Assembly: GCF_009914755.1 (NCBI RefSeq)
Contig: NC_060947.1
DNA length: 64,000 bases
Source of the DNA: the human T2T-CHM13v2.0 reference genome, Homo sapiens
Reading direction: 5' to 3' (one strand)
Part shown: piece by piece, positions 13,425 to 26,022 of the stretch
Layout of the letters: each line of letters starts with the position of its first letter
Numbering within the stretch: position 1 is the first letter of the stretch
Notes under the pieces: model-generated
Database searches by the model: none
The model's input: the letters and a program-made list of their open reading frames with translations, nothing else
Told to the model about the DNA's origin: nothing
Program-made: the position numbers and the translations under genes

Positions 13425-14105
13425 TGATTATTAAAAAGTCAAAAAACAGCAAATACTGGCAAGGCTGTGGAGAAAAGGGAACACTTACATACTGTTGATG
13501 GGGATGTAAATTAGTTCAGCCACTGTGGAAAGCAGTCTGGACATTTCTCGAAGAACTTAAAACAGAGCTACCATTTGATCCAGCAATCCAAGTACTGGGT
13601 ATATACCCAAAAGAAAATAAATTATTCTCCAAAAGAAACCCACATAAACTCACATGTTCATCAATACACTATTCACAATAGCAAAGCCATGATATCAACC
13701 CAGGTGCTTATCAATGGTAGACTGAATAAAGAACATGTGGTACATATATACGATGGAATACAATGCAGCTATTAAAAGTGAAATCATATCTTTTGCAGCA
13801 ACATGGATGAAACTGCAGGCCATAATCTTAAGCAAATTAATGCAAAAACAGAAGATCAAATAATGCATTTTGTCACTTATAAGTGGGAGCTAGATATTGA
13901 GCACACATGGACATAAATACGGAAACAATAGACACTGTGGATTACTAGAGAGTGGAGGAGGTGTTAGTTAAAAAACTACCTATTAGGTACTATCCTCACT
14001 ACCTGTGGGATAGGAATCTGTATTCCAAACCTGAGCATCATGCAATATTCCTGTGTAACAAATCTGCACATGTACCTCCTGTATCTATAAATGGAAATTT
14101 AAAAA
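13425..14105 (+). mobile_element. L1PA16/17-type 3' fragment
   Basis: TTAGTTCAGCCACTGTGGAAAGCAG, AAAAAACTACCTATT, AACAAATCTGCACATGTAC 3'UTR motifs. Confidence 0.88.
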
Positions 14106-14609
14106 TCACATTATATACCATAAACAAAATTTCTATTTGTCCATTAAAGTTGAAAACAAATTTATCCATTGAAATTAAAATATATTGCTGGTTATATATT
14201 CTCAATATCTCAATAATTAAAGTCAAATTAACACAAATATTAAGTCAATAAAAGTAGTACAGTTGAAAAATAAAAAGAAAATTCCTTGAGGAGAAAAGTG
14301 ACACCATATACTATGCTCACTTGTCTTGGTTTCTTTGTCATGTGAACAATGATCTGAAGATTCTTATACTTTACTAGCTTTCTACTCTCTTCAAAATTAA
14401 AAAGAAAGTGTCTAAAGTTTTCTAGTAGTTATCAGTTGTGTGGTTAATATGAAAAACCTCTTTCACCATTGTTCTCAGATCAATTTTTGATGAAATAATC
14501 CATCTTTGTTTACTTGGCACATGTAACTGTAGTATGAATGAATTGTACAGTCCTATCACAAATGTAGGCTATGGTGTTTGCAGCCAGAAAACAAAAACCG
14601 ATTAAATCT

Positions 14610-14970
14610 ATAGTTTCAAGGGATGATCCTGGTGACTATGTGGAAAATTGATTGCACTGGAGGTAAACTGGAGTAAGCATATCAGAGAGTAAGTTACTGC
14701 AAAAAAGTTGATGAGTGTGAATTAGAGCATTCGAAACAGAGATAAGGTAATACGGACATGTTTTTAGTTGTCTTTATAAAGAATTAACTGATAATTGGAA
14801 AAGAGATGAGGTTTTATGTCAGTCCTTACCTTATGGATATGACATGATCCTAAGCTTGAAATATTGAGTACATGGTGAGACATTTTTTCAAGACAAGAAA
14901 AATTAGTAGGAAAAATAGTCTTTTTCAGGGAAGGTAAAGTGTTGGATTTTGATCTTGTTGAATTTGAAGT
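14610..14970 (-). mobile_element. L2 fragment
   Basis: Degenerate purine-rich L2 antisense pattern. Confidence 0.4.
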
Positions 14971-15140
14971 TAACAGACTCTTCTGAAAAGTGAATGTAGG
15001 GATAAAAAGACAAGTTAATAAGGCATTCTAATACCCCATTTCTGGTTTTCCAATAACCCTTTCAAATTGAAACTCAGTGTAATCCCATAATCACTGAAGC
15101 CTGTGGGCAATATATTTTGCTGAGAGCTATGGATATAATG

Positions 15141-15479
15141 TATCTTATTCTGGTTTGTGCTGCTCTTACAGAATACCACAGACTGGGTAATTTATAATGA
15201 ACAGAAATTTATTTTTCACAGTTCTGAAGACTGGAAAATCCAAGATTTAGAGGCTAGCATCTGGGAAAGGTCTTGCTGTGTCATTCCATGGTGGAAGGCA
15301 GAAGAGCAAGAGAGAGAGCCCACTCACGAAAGTCCTTTTATTAATATATTAAACTCATTTATCAGGGTAGTGCCCTTATGGTCTAATAATTTCTCAAAGG
15401 TACCACCTCTTAATACTGTTACAATGGCAATTAAGTTTCAAGATGAGTTTTGAAGGGGAACAACACTCAAATCATAGCA
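15141..15479 (-). mobile_element. MaLR solo LTR (MSTC/MSTD-like)
   Basis: GAATACCACAGACTGGGTAATTTATAA through AAATCATAGCA; 5-bp TSD TAATG at 15136-40 and 15480-84. Confidence 0.88.
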
Positions 15480-16738
15480 TAATGCATATCTCCAAAATAT
15501 CCTAAAAATAGTGGGTAGATTTGGAGATACACTTAAAGAATCACAGTAAATTCTACTCTTCTGATTTCTAATTTAGTGCTCTTTGCACTATACTATGAAA
15601 TTTGTGGATGAAAGTTGATGGGTTAGATGCAATAGATACTAGAAGAGTAAAATCAACATGTTTGCTTACTGAAAGGTTATGAGAAAGAAGTTAGGGCCTT
15701 CTGAGAGAGGAAAACCTTTAAAAAATAATTGTGATTTTCAAGGTAATATGAATAGATGAATATTGATGTCAATGTAGGAAGACATCAGAGATTTAAAAGG
15801 TGATATACTCTGATCCAGTAATGTTTGATGGACCAAATAAATCTCTACATGAACATTAGTCAGACGAAAAGGGAGATTTATATCTAAAGCTCAGGAAACC
15901 ATGACTATATTGTAGAACATATGGTCTAGCAGACTATGTAATACTTACAAACCTTGTTTTTGATGCTATTTATATTTATGCAGTTTATATCACTTTTTTG
16001 GCAAACATCACACTGTTCTATTTTCATACAAATAAAACCACTGGATCTCTTTCAAGTTAATAGCTGATAAGTTAATTCTTAAAATATGTGTGCTTGTAAA
16101 CTTTGGGTTTCTGAACCCGAATGCAGGGCATGTAGTATCTCTATGCTAAATTTTAAATTGTTAATTTTTTTATTACCAATGTGTTTCTTATTTTTAAAGA
16201 AACAGAGTGAAACATTGTATCTTTAAGTGTTTGATCATCCCTACAGTCACAAAATCAATTGATTCTTAAAATATGCCAAAACTTTTTGCCTCATTTTTAA
16301 AAAAAGGTCTTTAATGATAAGGTTACATGTATAGACAAATTTAAAAATAGATGTTGAAACAACAGATACGAGAAACAGAAACTACCATTGGATATGAAAA
16401 GGTAAATTTCCAGCACACATATGTAAAACAATGCCACATATATGGTGGGAGGAATGCCCTGATATGCTAATTATTCTACAATTCTCCCAATTCTCATATG
16501 CTAAGATAATGTCAATGGATGATGAAAAACTATCTTTTGGACATTTTGTAACTTAATGCTCTGAAGCGTCTGGCTTACACATTTTGTCAATGATCTATCT
16601 GAGTGTTTATTGTCTGCAAAAATGGGCATATATTGGCATTTCAATTTTTAACTAATATTCCTAGTCTGCCACTGACTATGGTGAAATATTTCCTAAGTTC
16701 ATGAATCACTATAAAGATACTTCCTAAAGCCACTTCCT

Positions 16739-17048
16739 GGCCTGCCATGATGGCGTGTGCCTGTAATTCCAGCATTTTGTGAGGCTGAGGTAGGTGGATC
16801 CTTTGTGATCAGGAATTTGAGATCAGCCTGGGCAACATGGCAAAACCCTATCTCTACAAAAAATACAAAAATTAGCCGAGTGTGGTGACACGCTGATAGT
16901 CTCAGCTACTCGGGAGGCTGAGGTGCAAGGATTGCTTGAGCCTGGAAGGTTGAGGCTCCAGTGAGCCAAGATCGAGCCACTGCACTTCATCCTGGGAGAC
17001 GAGTGATACCGTGTCTCAAAAAATAAAAATATAAATAAATAAAATGAA
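16739..17048 (+). mobile_element. AluJ (Jb-like), full length
   Basis: Dimeric Alu with GGATTGCTTGAGCC J diagnostic; TSD TAAAGCCACTTCC at 16725-37 and 17049-61. Confidence 0.95.
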
Positions 17049-17593
17049 TAAAGCCACTTCCCAAAGTTATCTTAATGTTGCATCATTCTATAGTGACCTG
17101 GCCACAAATATTGACATGAAAAAATTAAATGTAAAATATCTATTTCATTTCTAAGAGTAGAAATTATAAAGATCTGTAGGATAGTTTTATGTCCTCTAAC
17201 TGTTATTTTAGAAAAGCCACAGTGGATTACATGAAACAGTCACTGGCTGAATTCACACTTTCCTTTTTAATCTTAAGTAGTTTAATTTTTATATAAAATG
17301 AAAACTCAAAATTCATAAGTGTTTTAAAAACAAAGTTGCATATATAAATCAAAATATTAGGTTAACAAAAAATACATAAACTCATATAATATTAAAGGTT
17401 GCCTCAAGGAGTATTTTGAAATTATATTAAATGGAAGAGAAAATTATTCTAGGGTTAAGTGTTAACAAAGAGAGTTTCACATAATGACAAGATTTTATCT
17501 TGCAACATGGTAAAGAGTTGTTGCTCAGAAACAAATAGGAACAAGGAAAGTTATAATAATCTGGAGCAAGTTCCTGTGAGAATAAGAAAGAGT

Positions 17594-17647
17594 CTAGAGA
17601 AGGAGGAAAGGGAAGTAATACCTAGAGAAGGAGGAAAGGGAAGTGAT
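17594..17647 (+). repeat. 28-bp tandem duplication
   Basis: CTAGAGAAGGAGGAAAGGGAAGT occurs at 17594 and 17622. Confidence 0.85.
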
Positions 17648-17959
17648 TTAAAGGATGTGCCAATGATTTCCTTAGAGACAATGAAGAAGTTCATGTTTCT
17701 ATTGCTATTTTACAAAGGTCGAGAAAGAAGTGAGGATCTAAGGGTTTGAAGAAAGGAAGAATAAAACAGATTTAAGAGAGTGAGGCGCAGAGTTAGACAC
17801 ATGAAAAGAAAAACAAAAAAGACATAAGAGTCAAGAAATAGAGATAGAAACCTAAGAACAAAAGTGAGATTAAAAAGTTTGAATCTCTCAGTGTAAAACT
17901 AATCCCTTAGAGGAAAGAATACATACTTTTGATGCAGGCAAATCATAGGCTTAATTGAT

Positions 17960-18080
17960 CATAGCAAAGTTAATAAGCCTCTGAGCTTCAGTTCTCTCAC
18001 ATGTATAATGGTATTATAAAAACCTACCTTACAGAATCATTATGAAGATAAAAGTATGTCAAGTAATTGTAAGTGTGTAT
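17960..18080 (+). mobile_element. MIR core fragment
   Basis: CCTCTGAGCTTCAGTTCTCTCACATGTATAATGG...CCTACCTTACAG core. Confidence 0.75.
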
Positions 18081-18087
18081 GTAATAA

Positions 18088-18225
18088 AACTGATGAAATC
18101 TAAATCAGTTCTGTAAATTGTAAATTTTCTGGGTTTTATATTGTACTATATTTATGCAAGATATTAACATTAGAGTATACTTCTTTAAAACTTCCAGTGT
18201 ATCTATAATTATTTCAAAATAAAAT
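18088..18225 (+). mobile_element. L1MC/MD-type 3' end fragment
   Basis: Ends AACTTCCAGTGTATCTATAATTATTTCAAAATAAAA. Confidence 0.6.
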
Positions 18226-20600
18226 ATTTGTAAAAGTAGGCTGGGTGGTAATAAGTTGAAAAAACATTGTTTTTTTTTTTTGTTGTTTTTTTTTTTTCAG
18301 AAGCATAGGGATTCGATTCATGGAGATTCTAATTCCTGGAGACAAATAGAGCAGTATAACTTTAATCCCAAGCCATCTCATTTTATTTAACAGCTGTACT
18401 AACAAACTCTCCATACATTAGAAAATGATGCTGTTACAGTGTTATTTATATCTTCCGCCGAATTTCTGACTGTCCTGCTGCATGATTCCAGCTTTGCCTC
18501 TTGGGCCGCTTTTAGAGGATCCAAGTGTCATGACACTAAAAGGTATAATTATAGTTAAATAAAAGTATTGCCTACTGAGAAAATAAGGAGAATTATTCTC
18601 CAGAGGCTAGCACTAGGGATGGTGGTGGAAGATGATGGTTGAAATTCTAAAAAGAGACATTTTAGCTATACTTACATAAAACTTATTTCAAAATTTGAAT
18701 TGAAAAATGAGAGATAGTGCTGTTTGGCATGGTGAATAGGCATCACCGGGCATTTTGACGCTGAAGTTGAAACACTCCCGGTTTTTGCTCACTGATTTAT
18801 CTCCATCACTTTGCATATGGCCTATCACTTAGTAAGGGTGAAAAATATTTCTTACTAAAATAACATATGACTAACGTAATGACTGAGTTACAATGAATGA
18901 AATAATTTGTGCAAGAGATTCCTACAAGAGCAGACAATGCAGCAAGCAGCTTCTACAATCCCCTGTAACTGTGAGGTTTTATGAGTCAACATAGGTGGGA
19001 ATAACCCATGTGTAAAATCTGGACAGAAACTTGGATTCCAAATCCTTGATACTAATAGCTTCATCAAGTTAGTCCTAGACTGAGTTTAAAATATGGGACA
19101 TGTTGGAAGAGAAATAGAGTCGTGTGACAAGGATAGAAATGCAACTGTCATAAAGGTAACAAAAATTAGATAACTTTTCCGAGACTAGCATTACTTTTTC
19201 ATTCTTTGTCAGCAGCAAGTTTTCCAAGCCCATGATGGAAAATGAAGCTTAAGGCAATATGGAACAATGGAAGTGAAGCCAGTAGAGAGTATTTTCCTAC
19301 ATGAGAATTATTCTGTTGGGTCTGGTTAAATAGTGCTTTCTCTCTTATACAGAACATAAATTCTAGCAGAGAACTAAAGTTTGAAGTAAGATTGAACAGT
19401 AGAAACAATCAGATTCTTGTTCCAGGTCTTTATTTGTCAGAAAGAAGGACTTCACCTGGGGACATAAACAAGAAAGGAACCTCACCTCTGCCTCAAATGA
19501 ACATTACATAAGCTGTCACTCCCTAATCACAAGTAGAAATAGACCTGAAAAATAACTGTGGGAGGAATCAACTTGGAACAACCAATGTCACTTAAATAAT
19601 CAGTCTAACACTGAACTACTTCCTTCCTAAAGAGACCTGGCAACGAATGTGTTTACAGCATCACTAAAAGTCTTGACAAGGAACAGCCACTCCACAACAA
19701 AAATGAGACCCTTTTTTTTTTTTTTTACTGTAATAAAAGAAAAATGTATGTTCTCTATTGAAAAATATATATTGCCAATATATGTTTTCTTTACAAAACC
19801 ATAGGTAGTCACAGATATTTCAAGAATGGTCTACTATATTTGAAATTATTTTCCATAACTAAGTTAATCTCTAGTTTCCTTTTTATCTCAATATTTAGAA
19901 TCTCTGGTGATTTTACCTATGTTTTCCAGAGTCAAATTTTATTTTTCTCTCACTATGGTCGTCTACTGACAAGTATAATATAATATTTAATGTTTACAAT
20001 ACTCCTGTGAAGTCATTACTCCTATTTAATATATGTGGAAACAGAGAATCACTGCTTAAGATCAAGTTGATAATAAATGGCAGGAACTTCCACTTTTAAC
20101 CAAGGACTATCAGGGATCAGCTTTACTTTCTTCTCTGAAGCACATACAAAATGGAAAACTATATAAACTGACAATTTTCACAACACTGATTATCAGGCAA
20201 AAAAAGACATCGATCCCACTGAAATAGGACTCAAACACAGTAAGCCGTGATTACCCCAGATTATTGCCTTAAAAGAGTTTCATGAACACAGTGTATGGAG
20301 GCAGCATGCAGGCTGAGCTCAGCATACTGGCTGAGGTGAACAGAAAAGTGGCAAGACGAAGGCAGCTATAGTTCACAGTGCAGAGTAAGAGAGAAGAGAG
20401 GAGCTTCGTAAGAGAGAACTCCAGAGATTTGCAGTATTCATTTGAGACAAGAATTCTCAAGTGAACACTCAAGTATTCAGCTGAGTACTGATTAGCACAT
20501 ATGTGTGAGGAAACAATTGGAGATTCAGAAAAAAACCACCAACAGTATTGACAGAAACAGAAACTGTTTCTCAAATAGGGCTTGGAATAGTGCCTTTTCC

Positions 20601-20745
20601 ATTTTCTTTTTAACTTTTATTTTAAGTTCAGGGGTGCATGTGCAAGATGTGCAAGTTCATTACATAGGTAAATGTTTGTCATGGGGTTTTGTTGTACAGA
20701 TTATTCCATCACCCAGGTATTAAGCCTAGTATCCATTAGTTATTT
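20601..20745 (-). mobile_element. L1PA11-13-type 3' terminal fragment
   Basis: TTTTAAGTTCAGGGGTGCATGTGCAAG...; TSD AATAGTGCCTTTTCC (20586-600) and AATACTGCATTTTCC (20746-60). Confidence 0.85.
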
Positions 20746-21060
20746 AATACTGCATTTTCCTATAAGCAACATAGAAAAACACCATGACTCATGGGATATT
20801 GAGAGAGTACCCAAAGGTGTCTTATATCAATGTGGGTTTATGCTAGGGCAACCATAAAAAAATTCACAGACTGGGTGGCTTAAACAAGAGACATTTAATT
20901 TCTCACAGTCTGGAGGATACAATTCCATGATCAAGGTGCCAGCAAACTTGGTTATTGGTGAGGGCTTTCTTCCTGGCTGGTAGATGGCCACCTTCTCACT
21001 GTGTCCTCACCTGGCCTTGCCTCTTTAGTTGCATGAAGAGAGAGAGATCTCTGGTGACTC

Positions 21061-21213
21061 TTCTCCTTCTTATTTTTTCTTCCTCCTCCTCCTCCTCCTT
21101 CTTATTCTTCTTCTTCTTTCCTCCTCCTCCTCCTTCTCCTTCTTCTTCTTCCTCTTCTTCTTTTTCTTCTTCTTTCCTCCTCCTCCTTCTTCTTCTTCTT
21201 TCTTTTTCTGTCT
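21061..21213 (+). repeat. (CTT)n/(CCT)n polypyrimidine microsatellite
   Basis: About 150 bp of almost only C/T in CTT/CCT units. Confidence 0.95.
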
Positions 21214-21323
21214 TTTCCACTAATTTTATTGGATGATCTCTCCACCCTTAGGTCCTCATTTAACCTTAATTACCTCCCTAAAGGCCCTATCTTCAACTAT
21301 AGGGCCATTGAGGATTAGAGCTT

Positions 21324-21690
21324 TTCTATAGACTGAATATTTTTGAGCCCCATCAAATTCATATGTTGAAATTTAATCCCCAATGTGATAGTGTTTGGAA
21401 ATTTACCCTTTGGGAGGTGACTAGGTCATGAAGGTGGAGCCCTAATGAATGAAATTAACTCCCTTATAGAAGGGGTCCCAAAGAGCTCTCTTACCCCATC
21501 CACCATGTGTAGACACAGCAAGAAGACTTTTGTTTATGAGCCAGGAAGTGGGCCTTCACCAGATGGTAGATCGGCTGGCACCTTAATCTTGGACGTCTCA
21601 GCTTTCAGAACTTTAAGAACTAAATTTCTGCCGTTTACAAGCCACCTGGCTTATGATATTTTGTTATATCAGCCTGACCAAGCTGAGACA
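21324..21690 (+). mobile_element. MLT1A-type MaLR solo LTR nested in the MLT1B/C
   Basis: CAAATTCATATGTTGAAATTTAATCCCCAATGTGAT...GCTGAGACA; TSD AGCTT/GGCTT at 21319-23 and 21691-95. Confidence 0.88.
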
Positions 21691-21797
21691 GGCTTCAACA
21701 TATGAAAGGGGGTGGGGAGGTGACATAATTCAGCCCATAACAGTGGGGAATATTTAACCCTAAACTGTGCAGTGATCTGGACTCATCTAGACTTCTT

Positions 21798-21935
21798 TTC
21801 CTTTTAATAATAGCATCCTTTTACTTATTTAGCTACTTATTTATTTTTATTTTTAAAATTTGAGTTTTTTATGTCAAGAAATTTGCTTATTTATTTTTTA
21901 GTTGAAACAAGGTAATTTTACATATTTACAGTTCA
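21798..21935 (-). mobile_element. Very short L1MA-type 3' terminus with long A-rich tail region
   Basis: TTTTTAGTTGA...AATTTTACATATTTA terminus; TSD TAGACTTCTT at 21788-97 and 21936-45. Confidence 0.6.
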
Positions 21936-22159
21936 TAGACTTCTTAAAAGCAAAACCCGGAGGAATCAAAATATTTTCAAGTATCATAATTGAGTCCTAA
22001 AATAAAATTCAAGAACATGTCTAAAGATACAAAAAATCCAGTACCCAGTAAGATAAAATTCATAATGTATGGTATCCAATAAAAATTCATCAGGCATGCA
22101 AAGAAACAGGAAAGCATAACTCATGATAAAGAGATAAATCAATCAAAACCTATCCATTA

Positions 22160-24690
22160 ATGAGTGGCATCAGTGAAAACAGTAGAGTAGGGAATGCCAA
22201 GGTTCCAGTCCTCTACAGAAACACCAAAAAAAATGGAGTAAAATCTAAATCAACTTGGAGCTCTGGAAAATTGTCAAGTGCTTACAACAACAAAGCAAAT
22301 GCTCAATTAAAACATAGGTGATTGAAACTTGATAAAGAACTTTATGATGTTTTTAATTACCCTTTTTCCCATTCTTCTCTCTTGCTTGGTGGCAATTTTG
22401 AAGGTGGAAGCCCACATTCTTGAATGGGTCCCTAAATCTAGAAGATTTAGAATATAATTGTTCTCAAGGAATTATGTCTGTTTGGATCTGTCCGGAGGCT
22501 CCCTCCTGAAGTATTGATGTAAGAGGCTTGCCTTTGTTTCACCTACCCAGGACGTTTCTCAGAGTTGAAAAGCAGCTACACAGAGGGCATGCCTAGAAAA
22601 CATTAAAAGGCAAATAAACAAGTCCCTGCCATCTGGGCGAAAGATAAGAGTTTTGTCAAATAATAGACACACTGAAAGCCTGGGGAAAATAAGCTGGGCA
22701 ATGAGATAATGTGGGAGATAAAAATTTTAAAATATCCTACCTATACCATTGAATCTAGGAAGCCACACATACCCATCACGTGATGTATGCTCAGAAAAGA
22801 CCTGATAAGATCCTAAGCTTTTCCATCTGGCTCATCTTTAGGCTCATGGAAAATAGGAAGCAAAAGATAAGGCAGTGTTGTAAACAGACTAGCTAAGCGT
22901 AAAAGAAGCTATTCAACGTAGAACCAATTAGCACAGTCCAGGAAAGTGCTTTATTTTATTTACTTTGCTCCAGGTGTTCAAGGAAATTTATCAGGCCACT
23001 AGCTTATCACTAAGCTAAAAGGAGAGAGATTTCAGAGATCACAGGCAACACAGAATGTATTTTTAACAAAAGTCATTTGGAAAAGTCAGTGAACAACAAC
23101 AACACAACCTAACAACCACAAAAAGCAGCAACAACAAACACTGGAGAGGGAGAGAATCTGATCTCCATAATTACTATGTTATAACATTGAAAATTTACGG
23201 TTTTCAACAACAAAATTATGGGACATGCAAAAAAATAACCTAAATAAATACACACACACACGAAAGTATGGCCCAAACGACGGGAAAAAATAAATTAATG
23301 CAAACTGTCCCTAAGGAAGCTCACACATTGAACTCAGTAGACAAATACTTTAAATCAACTGTCTTCATATCCTTAAAAAGAAAAAGGAAACCATGAACTA
23401 AGGAATAAAAGAAATGGGGATAGTACGAGTCTGAGATGAAAAAAGAGGGAGAGAAAAGGGAAGCAAGAATTTTTAAAGAAATAATGACCCCAAACTCACC
23501 AAATTTGATGTTAAAAACACAAATAAACACATCCAAGACACTCAATGGTCTCCAAGTAAGATAAACACAAAGAAATACACACCAAGACACATTATAATCA
23601 AACTGTTAAAAGACAGAGAGATTCTTGATAGCAGAAAAAGAGAAGTGGTTTGTCCCGTTTAAGGCTATCCTCAGATTAACACCTGATTTTCATAGAAAAC
23701 CCTAAAGAATTCACAAAAAATTATTAGAGCTAATATGTAAATTAAGCAGAGTAGCACAAGATACAAAATTAATATGCAAACAACAGTTATATTTCTGTAC
23801 ATTAGCAAGGAACAATCTGAAAAGAAACTAAGAAAATAATTCGAATGCCAATGACATCAAAATGAATAAAATATTTAGAATTAACCAACGAAATACAAAA
23901 CTTGCATACTGGAAACTATAAAATTTAACTATAAGAAATCTAAGAAGATTTAAAAAATGAAAAGACGTTTCACGTTTATGTATTAGAAGACTTAATATTG
24001 TTTACATGACAATACTTTCCAAAGTGATTTATAGATTCAATGCAATCACTATCAAAATCACAGTGGCCTTTTTTGAAAAAAATTGTCAAGCTTGTCCTAA
24101 AATTTATATTGCATTCCAAGGGACACAGGTAGCCAAATTCATCATGAAAAATAACAAAATTAGAGGACTTGCAATTCCAAATTTCAAAACTTACTACAAA
24201 GCTATAGTAATCAAAACAGTTTAGTAACTATAATAAGGATAGACGTTTAGCTTAATGAAATAGAGTTGAAAGTCCAGAAATTAAGTTATATCTACAGTCA
24301 TATGATATTTGGCAAGGGTGCCAAATCATTTAATGGGGAAAATAGTCTTTTCAAAAAATATTTCTGGGACAACTATGTATCTACATATAGAAATTTGAAG
24401 TGAGACCATCTGTCTCCTCACACCATATATAAAAGTTTATTTGAAACAGAGGAAAAATCTAAATGTAAGTGGTAAAACTATAAAACTCTTAGAAGAAAAC
24501 ATATGGGTAAAATTCATTTTTTTAAATTAGGTAATAGATTGTTAGATAACATATGAAAAGTTCAAGCAACGACAACAAACTTTAAAAAGTAAATAAATTG
24601 AACATCAATAAAATTTAAAAAATAACTTTTTTGCATTAAAGGACACTATCAAGAAAGTGAAAAGACAACCTAAATATTGGGAGAAAATAT
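22160..24690 (+). mobile_element. L1M4/L1MB-type element: 5'UTR, partial ORF1, distal ORF2 with internal deletion
   Basis: ORF1 motifs near 23450-23690 join ORF2 ATAGAAAACCCTAAAGAAT; ORF 24006-24224 translates L1 ORF2-like IYRFNAI...PNFKTYYKAIVIKTV. Confidence 0.8.
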
Positions 24691-25894
24691 GCTGTATGTG
24701 AAATATCTATTATTACATTAATATAGACTGTGATAAGTTAAAGATAATAAATCATAAATTGTTCACTTGAACCCATATTTCAATACCAACCCTGTTCTTC
24801 CTGTTTTATTTCCACTGTATTAGGGCTAGTGCTAGTTTGGGAGCCACCCTATCTCCTGTTATGCCACATTTTTTTTTCTCTGATTAATAGTAACCTGCAA
24901 TTTCCAGGTTGTCACTTATCTGTCCAGGCATTCAATAGGAATTATGCTGTGTTTTCTTTGTCCCTAGCTCAATGGGGGTAGGGGTGGGGGGCTCTGAACA
25001 ACTGTTTCCTGCTGTCCATGATTAATCAAGCTATGCAGCAAAATCAGTCCACACAAAAGCCAATTTCAGTGTACAATGTGTAGAAAGAAAAGGAGGAAAA
25101 GCAGTAACCCATTCCATCCATTAAAACAGTGGACTCACATGTGATACGCCTCGAGGGGCTTTTGCCTTTTTTTCAGTGATGATTCTTTAGTGCCAGAATG
25201 GTCTGGGTGATACTAGGGGGATGTAGAAGAGCTAATATTATTCTTCACAAGGTTATTGGTACTACACTTCTAATCTTCCATTTTTACAACAGATGCTGGA
25301 TGTTACTGACACTGGAATGGCAGAATAAGAAATGCAAAATAGTTGCATTTCATTATACCCTTTAATTGCACTTTACAGCACTATGCAAAAGATTTCCTTT
25401 ATAGGACTGAAGGCACAACAATGCATTTAAATAAAAAAATACATGCTGGTGTGTCAAATTAGAATGCCACTTTTTGCCTGTGCCCAACAAGTTATTTCTG
25501 TGCTTTTTTGTTGGTTTGTTTGGCCCACCTCCTCTATTAAACTACAGTTTAGCTTCAAAATTAATAAGACACAGGCACTAAACATATGCTTAAATGTCTA
25601 CATAAATCTTATTCTCAAAAGATTAATACCATCTGTTGATTCTGTTTTCTAAGTTAGCCTTGACAGATTTAACAATGGACAAACGATTAGTTTCTAGAGA
25701 TCCTTCATTTATTTTCTATGTGTTTGACTATAAAAGCTTTTGCTTTCTGCTGATAATAAAGTATATCTATAGTAAGTACCTATTTAGAGGTTGGGCTAGA
25801 GTTTTCAGCTTAGGAAGTATCTTACAGACTAGTTGTACTATAGTTACCATGAAAACTGGTGAAATGGAAAACATAAAGTGGTTTTCATTGCTTT

Positions 25895-26010
25895 TTTATT
25901 GATATATATCAATAGGAGTATTACATATTTAGGGGGTATATGTGATATTTTAATACCTGTAGAGAGTGTATAATGATAAAATCAGGATAATTTCAATATC
26001 CATCATTTCA
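25895..26010 (-). mobile_element. L1MA-type 3' terminal fragment
   Basis: TACATATTTAGGGGGTATATGTGATATTTT...ATCAGGATAATT..ATATCCATCA. Confidence 0.75.
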
Positions 26011-26022
26011 TTTAATTGCTTT

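Larger units (their letters stand above)
20837..21742 (-). mobile_element. MLT1B/C-like MaLR LTR, interrupted by a microsatellite and an MLT1A
   Basis: CAGACTGGGTGGCTTAAACAA...CATAATTCAGCCCATAACA; TSD GTGGG at 20832-36 and 21743-47. Confidence 0.82.
20083..22155 (+). mobile_element. L1MD/MC-type 5'UTR (L1MDa-like), split by nested insertions
   Basis: ACTTCCACTT start, AGTATTCAGCTGAGTACTGATTAGC, CAGGCATGCAAAGAAACAGGAAA; sequence resumes collinearly after each insert. Confidence 0.75.

Noticed and set aside
18268-18300. T tract as the poly(A) tail of a minus-strand processed pseudogene
   Set aside because: No poly(A) signal at the expected distance, no TSD and no recognisable gene body
20955-21236. 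Poly-S/F/L and poly-E/R/K ORFs
   Set aside because: Translations of the CTT/CCT microsatellite
24006-24224. L1 ORF2-like peptides here and at 26955, 38757 and 61847
   Set aside because: Short open pieces of dead L1s with stops and frameshifts on both sides
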